64,000 bases of DNA from an uncultured delta proteobacterium (lineage in GTDB: Bacteria; Desulfobacterota; Desulfobacteria; Desulfobacterales; Desulfosalsimonadaceae). The notes under the pieces are model-generated. The model did not search any database. It saw only the letters and a program-made list of their open reading frames with translations, and was not told the DNA's origin. The position numbers and the translations under genes are program-made. The stretch spans positions 1,024,001-1,088,000 of the forward strand of contig CAWGYD010000006.1 of the NCBI GenBank assembly GCA_963826785.1, written 5' to 3'. Of this stretch, positions 9,567 through 19,706 are shown piece after piece (within the stretch, counting starts at the first letter, position 1; each line of letters starts with the position of its first letter).

Positions 9567-12368
9567 GTGACAGGCTTTCGGCCGGTATTCTGCTTGGCGA
9601 TTTTCCTTTTATTTCTCGGGGCTGTCCTTTTTCCGCCCGCTGGCCTTTCCGCCGGGCCGGTGGTTGAAAAGATCCGGATTGAAATCGTGAACCCGCCGGA
9701 CCATGCCCCAATTCGATGGGAAAAAATCGCCCGGGCGCTGATATTTTTAAAAGAAGGCGAACCTTTTTCCGATTCTTTGTTTTCCCAGTCCATACAGTCC
9801 CTTCAGAATTCCTCCATTTTTGAAAAAATCGACGTGCCGGATCCAAAAGGGTCTGAAAATGCCATAACCCTGGTATTTTACCTCACCCCGTTTCCCCGGA
9901 TCAAGGAAATCGCCGTCAGCGGCGGGTTTCCCCTGCTGGAAAAGGAAATCCGAAACGCGCTGACCATTGAAACCGGCGATCCCTTCTCCCCTGAAACAAT
10001 GGCCGCTCAGAAGCGCTACATCATCGATCTTTACAGAAAAGAGGGATACATCGATCCTGAGATCGATCTGAAAGCGAATCAGGACCCGAAAGACGGCACT
10101 GTGATCATTCACATGGATATCCACCGGGGCCGCTATTACCGTATCGATGACGTCGAATTTACCGGAAACGATGCATTTTCGGATCTGCGGCTGAAAATCC
10201 CGCTGATCACCTGGCAGTCTTCCCTGCTGTTCGGCGGCCCCTCGCGGCTGGTTGCCGACGATCTGAAGAAAGACCGGCAGACCCTGCTCAATTTATACCG
10301 GAAACACCATTACAGCGATGTGGAAATCAAGACCAGTGTCGACAAAGACCCGGCTTCGGGAAAGGCGAATATCCGATTTATCATTGATGAAGGCCCCCTC
10401 TATGAAGTGGAGATGAACGGAAATGAATTTTTCTGGGATTTTACCCTGAAGAAGGACCTTGAAATTTTCAGCCGGGGAAACGCAAATGATTTCGGGCTGC
10501 GCAAAAGCATCCGCAATATCGAAAAACGCTACCGGGATGCCGGGTTTTTAGATGCAAAAGTCGATATGGAAGATGAACCGGCATTTGACAAGGGCAACCC
10601 GGTCCGCAGAATCCGGCTCAATATCAGACAAGGCCCCCGCTATCGGGTCAGGCGCGTTGCCATCAACGGCAACCACGCATTTACCGGGGCAAAAATAAAA
10701 AAGCAGATGCTCACCGCCCCCTCCGGTTGGACTGGCGGCGGGGTCTATGTGCCGGACATATTGAGCGAAGACATTGCAGCCATCACCACGCTGTATCGGC
10801 AAAACGGATATGTAAATGCGGACATTGCTCCGGTGGTTAAGCGTAAGAATTTGCCTGAATCGAAATCGGTCAGCGTGGATATTCTTCTGAAGATCGTGGA
10901 AGGCCCGCAGACCCGGGTCTCGGATGTGACGGTCAACGGGTTGCAGATGGTGGGCGCAGAAGATGCCCGCAGGATGCTGGAACTGCCGTCCGGCACGCCC
11001 TTTGAGCCCGATCGGGTGCAGGAAAGCCGCACCCGGCTGGCCAAAAACATTTCCGAGCGGGGATATCCCTATGTTTCAGTGGATTACAAGATCGACATGA
11101 GCCCGGACCAGACCCGGGCCGATATCGTCTTTACGGTCCGGGAGGGCCCCTATGTGGAGATGGGTGATGCCTTCTTTATCGGCAATTTCAAGACCCGAAG
11201 GCAAACCCTGGCCGAGGAGATGACCCTCCTGCCGGGCCAGCCGTTTTCGCTGGAGAAGATGCTGGCTTCCGAGCGGAATATCCGGGATATCAATGCCCTG
11301 GAATCGGTGCAGTTCCAGGCCGTGGGGCTTTCGGAAAAGGCCGACCGGGTGAGTCTGCTGGCACAAGTAAATGAGAAAAAACCGTATTATCTGCAGTTTA
11401 CCACTGGATATGATACCTGGCGCCAGTTTTATATCAACACGGCGGTAGGGGATATCAATTTCCTGGGCCTGAACAAGGAGGTCAAGGCCAGCCTGGAATG
11501 GAGCCAGATCGGCTATCTGGCCCAGCTGGGGATCACGGAACCCCGGCTGCTGGGAAGCCGTATTTCCGCCACCAGTACGGTTTTTGCCGAAGAATCCGAG
11601 GAAATCAACCAGAATTTCGGGGTGCGCACCCTCGGCGCATCCGCCGGTTTTTCCCGCAGCTTTTCCGATCATCTGGACGGGGCCCTGACGTTTCGCTACG
11701 AAAATCGTGAACAGTACCGCATCGACAATTCGCCGATTCCGCCCGACGATGCCGACCTCTATGATCCCCGTTCCATCCTGGTGACCACGCCGGGCATCGT
11801 CTATACCAGCACGGATTCATTTATTCAGCCCACCCGGGGCATCTATTCCGCTTTTTCGGTGGATATCTCCAAGGGCGTAAAAAATTCTCTGGATGATTTT
11901 CTCAAGTACCGATGGGAAAACCGCTGCTACCTGACGCCCTTGAAGCGGTTTACCATCGCCCTGCGGACCCGGGTCGGCTATATCGATCCTTTCGGCCCGG
12001 AAAGCAATATCCCCGAAGACCAGCTGTTCTTCCTGGGGGGCACCACCGACGTCCGGGGATTTGCGGAAAACCAACTCCGGTTCGATGCCGACGGTGATCC
12101 GGTGGGCGGCCGGACCTCCCTGATGGGAAGCGTGGAGTTCCGTTTCGACCTCGGGATGAATTTCGAACTGGTCGCCTTCTATGACACCGGAGCCATCCGC
12201 GACCCCCTGGTCGATGCGGGTTCAGATGAATGGCGGGCGGGCACGGGCGGAGGACTGCGCTACATCACCCCCATCGGCCCCGTGGGCCTGCTGTACGGCT
12301 GGAAAGTGGACCGGAAGGAAAATGAAAGCCCCGGTGCCTGGCATTTCAACATCGGGTATACGTTTTAG
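9567..12368 (+). CDS. bamA: Omp85-family outer membrane assembly factor (BamA/TamA-like) with about seven POTRA repeats
   Basis: Signal peptide; repeated POTRA-type segments ending (E/Q)GP; FFLGGTTDVRGF motif; YITPIGP; terminal WHFNIGYTF beta-signal. Confidence 0.85.
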   Translation: MTGFRPVFCLAIFLLFLGAVLFPPAGLSAGPVVEKIRIEIVNPPDHAPIRWEKIARALIFLKEGEPFSDSLFSQSIQSLQNSSIFEKIDVPDPKGSENAITLVFYLTPFPRIKEIAVSGGFPLLEKEIRNALTIETGDPFSPETMAAQKRYIIDLYRKEGYIDPEIDLKANQDPKDGTVIIHMDIHRGRYYRIDDVEFTGNDAFSDLRLKIPLITWQSSLLFGGPSRLVADDLKKDRQTLLNLYRKHHYSDVEIKTSVDKDPASGKANIRFIIDEGPLYEVEMNGNEFFWDFTLKKDLEIFSRGNANDFGLRKSIRNIEKRYRDAGFLDAKVDMEDEPAFDKGNPVRRIRLNIRQGPRYRVRRVAINGNHAFTGAKIKKQMLTAPSGWTGGGVYVPDILSEDIAAITTLYRQNGYVNADIAPVVKRKNLPESKSVSVDILLKIVEGPQTRVSDVTVNGLQMVGAEDARRMLELPSGTPFEPDRVQESRTRLAKNISERGYPYVSVDYKIDMSPDQTRADIVFTVREGPYVEMGDAFFIGNFKTRRQTLAEEMTLLPGQPFSLEKMLASERNIRDINALESVQFQAVGLSEKADRVSLLAQVNEKKPYYLQFTTGYDTWRQFYINTAVGDINFLGLNKEVKASLEWSQIGYLAQLGITEPRLLGSRISATSTVFAEESEEINQNFGVRTLGASAGFSRSFSDHLDGALTFRYENREQYRIDNSPIPPDDADLYDPRSILVTTPGIVYTSTDSFIQPTRGIYSAFSVDISKGVKNSLDDFLKYRWENRCYLTPLKRFTIALRTRVGYIDPFGPESNIPEDQLFFLGGTTDVRGFAENQLRFDADGDPVGGRTSLMGSVEFRFDLGMNFELVAFYDTGAIRDPLVDAGSDEWRAGTGGGLRYITPIGPVGLLYGWKVDRKENESPGAWHFNIGYTF

Positions 12369-12372
12369 CAGG

Positions 12373-12393
12373 TGTCGCGGATCAGCCGCGACA
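12373..12393. terminator. Hairpin just after Omp85 stop codon
   Basis: TGTCGCGG-ATCAG-CCGCGACA perfect 8-bp stem; no clear U-tract on + strand. Confidence 0.45.
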
Positions 12394-12407
12394 GTGGAAA
12401 AAGATAT

Positions 12408-12495
12408 AATGGAATATTGGAATATTGGAATGATGGAATGATGGGGTTTTAGCCGATCTGGTTTACCCAATTTTCCAATTTTCCATTATTCCATT
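12408..12495. repeat. Inverted array of 8-nt units (GGAATATT/GGAATGAT ... TTTTCCAA/TATTCCAT)
   Basis: Four tandem GGAAT-containing octamers facing three to four complementary units. Confidence 0.75.
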
Positions 12496-12498
12496 GTT

Positions 12499-13491
12499 TT
12501 ATTCTCCCCTTTTGCTCAGGGCCTCGGCAAAGGCGAATGCCTGCCGGGTGAGTTCTGCCGGTATCAGTTCGGTCCGCATCTGTCCGGTTAGTTCCGGCAT
12601 GGCAAACCACTGCCCGGATGCGGTCATCACCACCTCCAGCCGTCCGTCATCTGCAGACACTGCGCCGCAGCCGGAGGCCCAGAAGAGCATCCGCTTGTCG
12701 ATGCGGCCCATGACCCGTTCCCCCCGGCCGAAAAATACCACTTTTTCATGGATGCCGACGTTGCGGTGCAGGGTGTATTTCAGGCGGACGGATACTCCGC
12801 CGTTTGCGGCTTTAAAGAACCCGGCCCATCCCATGGTTTCATCGAGCACCGCAAAATGGACCATGGGGTGAAACCCGCCGTTTTGGTGAAACCGCAGGAT
12901 GGTCTGTCCATCTTCCGGGTCAAATCCCGCAAAGGCGCATACCATGGGGCCATGGGGGGTATTATCCCAGAAATGAAAGCGCCGCTTGAGCCCCGGATGG
13001 ATTCGCTCCGCACCGCACACAAAACAGTTCCGGTAATGGGGAAGGGGGGTAAGCGCCCCCTGGAGTTTTGAAACGGAATCCGGGATATATGAGGCCGCCG
13101 AATCATCCTTTGCGGCATCGGATCCGGACCAATCGCCTGCGGGGATGATCTCGCCGGTGATATAGGGCATGGCCGCCCCCATGACGGAGATTTGACCGGT
13201 GATTTTGGCGCCGTCGGTTTCGACCACGACGTCGACTTCATCGTTCATGCGGGCTTCGGCTCCGCCCATGCGGAAGCTGCAGTGCAGGGGATAGGCCATT
13301 TCCGTCCCGTTTGAATCCGCATGGAGCCGCTGACCCAGTTCTAAAATCGCCCCCATGCCGATACCGCCGTGGGGAATGCCCACCCATCCCTCTTTTTTCG
13401 AATCCATCCGGAAATGCGCGCAGATCCGGTTTTTCTGTTTTTTGATACGTGAACCTTCGAATAAAAAGGCATGGACGAAATCGTCTGCCAT
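12499..13491 (-). CDS. Double hotdog-fold thioesterase-like protein (PaaI-related)
   Basis: IPHGGIGMG in N-half; CFVCG and AVLDETMGWA in C-half. Confidence 0.7.
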   Translation of the reverse strand: MADDFVHAFLFEGSRIKKQKNRICAHFRMDSKKEGWVGIPHGGIGMGAILELGQRLHADSNGTEMAYPLHCSFRMGGAEARMNDEVDVVVETDGAKITGQISVMGAAMPYITGEIIPAGDWSGSDAAKDDSAASYIPDSVSKLQGALTPLPHYRNCFVCGAERIHPGLKRRFHFWDNTPHGPMVCAFAGFDPEDGQTILRFHQNGGFHPMVHFAVLDETMGWAGFFKAANGGVSVRLKYTLHRNVGIHEKVVFFGRGERVMGRIDKRMLFWASGCGAVSADDGRLEVVMTASGQWFAMPELTGQMRTELIPAELTRQAFAFAEALSKRGE

Positions 13492-13722
13492 GGCATCCTC
13501 CTTGGGAAAAGACTCCCAAACTGTTGACCCGCATGAGAATTCGGCAAAGATTACCCCATGCGTTTATCGATGTAAAAGGAAAATTTCAATACTCAGATGC
13601 ATGAACGCATGCATCGAAAAATCCGTTTCCGGGATTCAAAAACAGCCGTGACAAAAAGGGGTGCATGTGCTAACCGATTTCTGTTGAGCGAAATATTGTA
13701 AATAAAAATCAAGTGACCAGAC

Positions 13723-14169
13723 ATGAAAACACAGCTGCAACAGCCCTGCAGGGCAAATCATATCATCTTGAAAATCTTTATCTTTCTGGCAGTTGCCGGA
13801 CTTTATCTCTGCCCAAAAACCGATGCCGCCGAAGCGCCCAAGTCCAGCCTGAAGCTGGATAAAGCCGCCATGTGCGAAGGGATTGCCGATTTTGCGCCCG
13901 TCAATCCGGGCATCGCCTTTTCCGTGACCGTGGGCAAGCTCATCTGCTACACCCAGTTTTCAGGCATCGAAGGGGATACCAGCGTGCTGCACAAATGGTA
14001 TCGCCGGGATGAACTGGTGACCACCAAGATATTGATGCTAAAATCCCCCCGCTGGTCCACTTACAGCAGCATCCAGCTGCGGGAATCCGACCGGGGCCCC
14101 TGGCGGGTGGACATCGTGGATGCGGATAACCGGGTGCTCGACGTACTGCGGTTTTCCGTGACGGAATAG
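13723..14169 (+). CDS. Exported DUF2914-like protein
   Basis: Signal/TM; CYT...HKWYR...RWSTYSSI...GPWRVDIVDADNRVL pattern. Confidence 0.75.
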   Translation: MKTQLQQPCRANHIILKIFIFLAVAGLYLCPKTDAAEAPKSSLKLDKAAMCEGIADFAPVNPGIAFSVTVGKLICYTQFSGIEGDTSVLHKWYRRDELVTTKILMLKSPRWSTYSSIQLRESDRGPWRVDIVDADNRVLDVLRFSVTE

Positions 14170-14173
14170 GAAA

Positions 14174-15604
14174 ATGGCATTCGAAACGCTGACCGGCATC
14201 ATCCGCTGGCAGGATGTGGTGGATATCCTGCTCAACAGCTATATCCTGTTTCGCCTTTATGTGCTGTTTCGCGGCACCCGGGCCATCCGGGTGGTCGGGG
14301 GGCTGGCCCTGCTGTGGGTGTTTCAGCGGGTCGCCGCTGAAATGGGGCTGATCGTCACCAGCTGGGTCATGCAGGGCATCATCGCGGTGGCGGCGCTGAT
14401 CATCATCATCGTATTTCGGAATGAAATCAGCAATGTGCTCCAGGCCCGGAACTGGCGGGCCATTCTGTGGGGCTTTCCCCGGAAAACGGCCAACACCCCC
14501 ATGGACATTATCACGGAAAGCGTCCATGAGCTGTCCCGCAGACGGATCGGCGCCCTGATCGTCCTGCCCGGAAAGGAAAACCTGGGTGAGATGGTGACCG
14601 GCGGCATCGAGTGGCAGGGGTTGATTTCAAAAGAGATGCTCCTGTCCATATTCTGGCAGGGCAATCCGGTCCATGACGGCGCCATTCTGGTGGAGGGGCG
14701 CCGAATCGCCCGGGTCGGCACCATCCTTCCTTTGAGCCAGCGAAAAGACCTGCCCCAGCGGTTCGGAACCCGTCACCGGGCGGCCATCGGACTGGCCCAG
14801 GAGACGGACGCCATGGTAATCGCGGTATCCGAGGAAACCGGCGGCGTGACCGTTGCCCGGGGAGACGACATCATCGATATCCGGGACAACCGCATGCTGT
14901 TAAATGAACTCCGGCAGCACCTGGGGATCGAATCCGGCAAAGCAGAAGGCATCCGGCGCGAAACCCTGGAACTGTCCGCGGTGGCCATGTTGTGCGTCAT
15001 CTGCATCACCGCGGTGTGGTTCAGTTTCAGCAAGGGGATGCAGACCCTGACCACCATCGAGGTGCCGGTGGAATTTACGAACCGGAACGTGAATTTAAAT
15101 ATCTTCGATACATCGGCCAGCACGGTCGATCTGTATCTTTCCGGGTCGGGGGCTCTGATCAAAACCCTTCAGCCGGCCCAGCTGAAGGTGGCCATCGATC
15201 TGAGCAAGGCGGCCATCGGAGAAAATACCTTCAATTTAAATGGCCATAACGTGGTGCTTCCCCCCGGCGTGCGGTTGAATCGCATCGAACCCGCATCTCT
15301 GAGGGTGACGCTGGACCAGACGGCAACCAAGAAGATTCCCATTCAGGTCAACTGGACGGGAAAAATCCCCGAAGGGCTGATCCTGGAAAGTGCGGTGATT
15401 TCCCCGTCCCAGATCAAGGTGACGGGCGCCAGTCAGCTTCTCAAAAGAACCGCCACTCTCTACACCGAACCGATCCAGTTGGATAAGCTGACCCAGTCCT
15501 GCCGCATTACCGCCAGGCTGGTCCTGGAATCCGCCTCCCTGCAGGTCAGCGAAGACCGCGTGGAGGTGCGCTGCACCATCGGAAAACGCGCCCCGGTCCC
15601 TTGA
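14174..15604 (+). CDS. cdaA: Diadenylate cyclase CdaA fused to a TM helix and YbbR/CdaR-type domains
   Basis: Three N-terminal TMs; DisA_N motifs PVHDGA and GTRHRAAIG, VSEETG; then TM and VPVEF..., IEPASLRVTLD, ISPSQIKVTG, TEPIQL YbbR-like segments. Confidence 0.88.
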   Translation: MAFETLTGIIRWQDVVDILLNSYILFRLYVLFRGTRAIRVVGGLALLWVFQRVAAEMGLIVTSWVMQGIIAVAALIIIIVFRNEISNVLQARNWRAILWGFPRKTANTPMDIITESVHELSRRRIGALIVLPGKENLGEMVTGGIEWQGLISKEMLLSIFWQGNPVHDGAILVEGRRIARVGTILPLSQRKDLPQRFGTRHRAAIGLAQETDAMVIAVSEETGGVTVARGDDIIDIRDNRMLLNELRQHLGIESGKAEGIRRETLELSAVAMLCVICITAVWFSFSKGMQTLTTIEVPVEFTNRNVNLNIFDTSASTVDLYLSGSGALIKTLQPAQLKVAIDLSKAAIGENTFNLNGHNVVLPPGVRLNRIEPASLRVTLDQTATKKIPIQVNWTGKIPEGLILESAVISPSQIKVTGASQLLKRTATLYTEPIQLDKLTQSCRITARLVLESASLQVSEDRVEVRCTIGKRAPVP

Positions 15605-15632
15605 TCTTGCTCTTTTAGCTTTTCGTTATATG

Positions 15633-18248
15633 TTAAGCCGCCGATACGGCGCGCGGATCGATTTCAACGGTTTGAAACGTGATTTCCCCGTCCCTGGCAT
15701 CGGCCTCCACCCGGCTGTCCTCCGGAATCGCGCCTTTGAGGATCTCCATGGAAAGCGGATTCTCGATGTATTGCTGGATGGTCCGCTTCAACGGACGGGC
15801 GCCGAAGACCGGGTCGAACCCTTTTTCCGCCAGCAGGTCTTTTGCCGCATCCGAGAGCACCAGTTCGATGTTTCTGTCCGCCAGTCGTTTCTGCAGACGG
15901 GTAAACTGAATGTCCACGATCTGCCGGATCTGGGTGTGGGTCAGGTTGTGAAAAATGATGGTCTCGTCGATCCGGTTGAGAAACTCCGGCTTGAAATTGG
16001 CCCGCAGGGCCTGCATCACCAGGGTTTCCATCTCATCGCGCCGCGATTCCTGATATTCCTGGATCAGATGGCTCCCGACATTTGAGGTCATGATGATCAG
16101 GGAATTCTTGAAATCGACTGTTTTTCCCTGCCCGTCGGTCAGCCGTCCGTCATCCAGGATCTGCAGCAGGGCATTGAATACGTCCGGGTGCGCCTTTTCG
16201 ATCTCGTCAAAGAGCACTACGGAATAGGGCCGCCGGCGGACCGATTCGGTGAGGTAACCGCCTTCCTCATATCCCACGTACCCCGGGGGGGCGCCGATGA
16301 GCCTGGACACCGAATGTTTTTCCATGTACTCGGACATGTCCACCCGGATCACCGCCTGTTCATTGTCATAGAGAAACTCGGCCAACGCCTTGGCCAGTTC
16401 TGTTTTTCCCACCCCGGTGGGGCCCATGAAGATAAACGATCCAATGGGGCGATTGGGGTCCTGGAGGCCTGAACGGGCGCGCCGGACCGCGTTTGACACC
16501 GCGCGGACCGCTTCTTCCTGACCGATGATCCGACGCTTGAGGCGGTCTTCCATGTGCACCAGCTTTTCCCGTTCGCCTTCCAGCATCTTGTTGACCGGAA
16601 TGCCCGTCCACTTGGACACGATCTCGGCGATATCCTCTGCATCCACCTCCTCCCGCAGCATCTTGCGGGCTTTCTGGAGATCGGCCATTTTGGCCCCTGC
16701 CTCGTCCAGCTGTTTTTTAAGCTCATTTCGCCGGCCATAGCGCAGTTCGGCCACCTTTTCGAGATTGCCTTCCCGCTCGGCCTGCTGCTCCTGTATGCCG
16801 ACCTGGTCCAGCTGGGTCTTGATGGCCCGGATGGTGCCGAGGATCTCCTTTTCCTGCTGCCAATGGGCATTCATCCGATTGAAATCTTCCTTGAGCGATC
16901 CCAGTTCCCGCTCCAGCTTCTCCAGTCGATCGACACAGGCGCCATCCGTTTCTTTTTTCAAGGCCTCGCGCTCGATCTCCAGCTGGGTGATCTTGCGCTG
17001 AATCTCATCGATTTCCGTCGGCTTGGAGTCAATTTCGATGCGCAGCCGCGAGGCGCACTCATCGATCAGATCGATGGCCTTGTCCGGCAGGAACCGGTCG
17101 GTGATGTATCTCTCGGACAGCGTGGCCGCGGCCACGATGGCCGAATCCTTTATTTTCACCCCGTGATGGACCTCGTATTTTGATTTCAGCCCCCGCAGGA
17201 TGGAGATGGTGTCCTCCACGGTGGGTTCTGACGTCATTACCGGTTGAAACCGCCTTTCCAGGGCCGCATCCTTTTCGATGTACTTGCGGTACTCGGTGAT
17301 GGTGGTGGCCCCGATGCACCTCAGGGTTCCCCGGGCCAGTCCGGGCTTGAGCATGTTGGAGGCGTCCAGCGACCCCTGGGCCGCACCCGCCCCCACCAGG
17401 GTGTGCAGTTCGTCAATGAACAGGATGATCCTGCCTTCGGCCTTTTCCACTTCCTTGACCACCGCCTTCAAGCGGTCTTCAAACTCCCCCCGGTATTTGG
17501 CGCCGGCTACCAGTGAACCCATATCCAAAACGGCCAGTTTGCGGTTCTTGAGTGATTCGGATACATCGCCTTCCACGATGCGCTGGGCCAGTCCTTCCAC
17601 GATGGCCGTCTTGCCCACCCCGGGTTCGCCGATGAGCACCGGGTTGTTCTTGGTGCGGCGAGACAGCACCTGGGCAATCCGGCGGATCTCTTCATCACGG
17701 CCGATGACCGGATCGAGCTTTCCCAGTCGGGCCAGTTCGGTCAGGTCCCGGGTATATTTTTCCATGGCCTGGTATTTGTCCTCGGGGTTCTGGTCCGTGA
17801 TGGTCTGGTTGCCGCGGATTTCCATCAGCACCTTTAAAATGGATTCCCGGCCGAGCCCCGGCTGCTGGAATATCTTTGAGATATCGCCGCTTTTTTCGCT
17901 GGCCAGCGCCAGGAAAATATGCTCTATGCTGACGTACTGGTCCTTCATCTGGTCGGCTTCTTCGAATGCCTTTTCCAGCACCTTCTTGGTGCGGGAAGAA
18001 AGATAGGCATCCCCGGCAAATCCCTCCACCCGCGGCAGTCTGTCCACTGCCGCCCTGATCTGGCGGCTGATTTCATCGGCAGAAACACCGATTTTGCGGA
18101 AAATGGCCGTTACGATGCCATCGGGTTCCTCAAGCATGATCTGAAGCAGGTGCTCCGGCTCGATCTGCTGGTGATGCTTGCGCGAAGCAGCCGCCTGGGC
18201 ATTCTGAATCAGTTCCTGGGATTTGATGGTAAACTTGTCAAAACGCAT
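15633..18248 (-). CDS. clpB: ATP-dependent chaperone ClpB
   Basis: 871 aa; GEPGVGKT and GPTGVGKT Walker [21 protein letters not shown], long middle coiled coil; AGGAGG RBS. Confidence 0.98.
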   Translation of the reverse strand: MRFDKFTIKSQELIQNAQAAASRKHHQQIEPEHLLQIMLEEPDGIVTAIFRKIGVSADEISRQIRAAVDRLPRVEGFAGDAYLSSRTKKVLEKAFEEADQMKDQYVSIEHIFLALASEKSGDISKIFQQPGLGRESILKVLMEIRGNQTITDQNPEDKYQAMEKYTRDLTELARLGKLDPVIGRDEEIRRIAQVLSRRTKNNPVLIGEPGVGKTAIVEGLAQRIVEGDVSESLKNRKLAVLDMGSLVAGAKYRGEFEDRLKAVVKEVEKAEGRIILFIDELHTLVGAGAAQGSLDASNMLKPGLARGTLRCIGATTITEYRKYIEKDAALERRFQPVMTSEPTVEDTISILRGLKSKYEVHHGVKIKDSAIVAAATLSERYITDRFLPDKAIDLIDECASRLRIEIDSKPTEIDEIQRKITQLEIEREALKKETDGACVDRLEKLERELGSLKEDFNRMNAHWQQEKEILGTIRAIKTQLDQVGIQEQQAEREGNLEKVAELRYGRRNELKKQLDEAGAKMADLQKARKMLREEVDAEDIAEIVSKWTGIPVNKMLEGEREKLVHMEDRLKRRIIGQEEAVRAVSNAVRRARSGLQDPNRPIGSFIFMGPTGVGKTELAKALAEFLYDNEQAVIRVDMSEYMEKHSVSRLIGAPPGYVGYEEGGYLTESVRRRPYSVVLFDEIEKAHPDVFNALLQILDDGRLTDGQGKTVDFKNSLIIMTSNVGSHLIQEYQESRRDEMETLVMQALRANFKPEFLNRIDETIIFHNLTHTQIRQIVDIQFTRLQKRLADRNIELVLSDAAKDLLAEKGFDPVFGARPLKRTIQQYIENPLSMEILKGAIPEDSRVEADARDGEITFQTVEIDPRAVSAA

Positions 18249-18321
18249 GCTTCCTCCTTTTATGCGTCAGACGGCCGGATCTGGTTTTACAGCCGTCTGA
18301 ACCTTGTTTTCAGTCGGATTT

Positions 18322-18349
18322 AAAATAACCATATCTGCTGTATTGTCAA
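18322..18349 (-). promoter_or_regulatory. Putative sigma70-type promoter for clpB
   Basis: Minus strand TTGACA-16nt-TATTTT about 75 nt upstream of start. Confidence 0.45.
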
Positions 18350-18440
18350 TATGATCAGGTATTAAAATGGGACGGCCGTGTCGGGTTGGAATGATAAGCC
18401 GGCACATCGCCTCAGCAGCGGCCCGGACGGACCGGCCCTT

Positions 18441-18470
18441 TTTTAATTGACCTGAACCGGTCAATTAAAA
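18441..18470. promoter_or_regulatory. Perfect operator-like palindrome between divergent clpB and HD gene
   Basis: TTTTAATTGACC-6nt-GGTCAATTAAAA. Confidence 0.55.
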
Positions 18471-18653
18471 TAGAATAAAATATATCAGTGGGTCATTTTT
18501 TTAAAAAACCAGTATGGCAAGATGGGGCGGACCCGCTGATTCAGAGGCGGGCCAGTCACTCTTTCATCTCAAGCGCCGGTAACATCCGATACACGCCAGC
18601 CAAATCCCGGAACCGATAATGTCCGCCGGAACCGGCAGCCTCAGGGGAATGCG

Positions 18654-19577
18654 ATGAGAAAAAAAAATGACATCAAACTCTATGACCTGATTGAGACGCA
18701 TGATCCCCAGGAGGTCTGGAAAGAAATCGTCACCATTCTTTCCCTGCTTGAGTCCAACATGATTAAAGAGCGCCTGCAATCCGTGTATGAGGACATCATC
18801 CGGCTCTTCAACGGGGATTATCCCGGATACCGGGCTTCCAATACCAAGTATCATAACCTGGAACACACCATCATGGTTACCCTGGCCACTGCCCGACTCA
18901 TCCACGGGGCCATCAAGGGCGGCCACAAATTCCATGTCGAAAATATCCTTCTGGGCCTTCTTGCCGCCCTTTACCATGATTCGGGTCTGATCCAGACCGA
19001 ATTTGACCGCAAGGGAACCGGGGCGAAATACACCATCGGCCATGAGAAGCGCAGTATCGATTTCATGCGGGAAAACCTGGCCCGCAAGGATTTCTCAGAA
19101 AGACAGACGGAGGATTGTGCACAATTGATCAAGTGCACGAACTTGAACATCGACATTGCCGAAATTATCTTTAGATCAAAAGAGTTGGAAACACTGGGCA
19201 AGATTGTGGGTTCAGCCGATTTGCTGGCCCAGATGGCGGATCGGCACTATCTGGAAAAACTCATTCTCCTGTTCAAGGAGTTTGAGGAAGCTGGAATCCC
19301 GGGCGTTGCGTCCGAAGAAGAACTGCTTGAAAAGACTGAAGGCTTCTATAAAAACGTGGCCCGGAAGCGATTAAACCGGGACCTGGACAACATCGCCGCT
19401 CATATGACGCATCATTTCAAATACCGGTGGGACATCGACCGGGACCTGTACATCGAATCCATCAAGAATAACATCAGCTATCTCAAATCCATGCTGGAAA
19501 ACGGGCAGAAACCCCCGTCTTTTTACCGCCGCTATCTGAACCGGGGCGGATTCTTCAAGTTCATCAAGGAAAAATGA
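18654..19577 (+). CDS. HD-domain metal-dependent phosphohydrolase (PDE-like YHNxxH motif)
   Basis: YHNLEH, ALYHDSG, GHEKRS, SADLLAQMAD. Confidence 0.85.
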   Translation: MRKKNDIKLYDLIETHDPQEVWKEIVTILSLLESNMIKERLQSVYEDIIRLFNGDYPGYRASNTKYHNLEHTIMVTLATARLIHGAIKGGHKFHVENILLGLLAALYHDSGLIQTEFDRKGTGAKYTIGHEKRSIDFMRENLARKDFSERQTEDCAQLIKCTNLNIDIAEIIFRSKELETLGKIVGSADLLAQMADRHYLEKLILLFKEFEEAGIPGVASEEELLEKTEGFYKNVARKRLNRDLDNIAAHMTHHFKYRWDIDRDLYIESIKNNISYLKSMLENGQKPPSFYRRYLNRGGFFKFIKEK

Positions 19578-19706
19578 TCCTCGGGGGATTTTAGCCGATC
19601 CCTGTTTTTTTGAGGGTTTGACATGCAAATTGATCCGTGTCATGTTCCGACAGATAACGGAACGCCCCTCGTAATTTCCCGTCTTTTTTAACCGGCTGTT
19701 GAAAAC

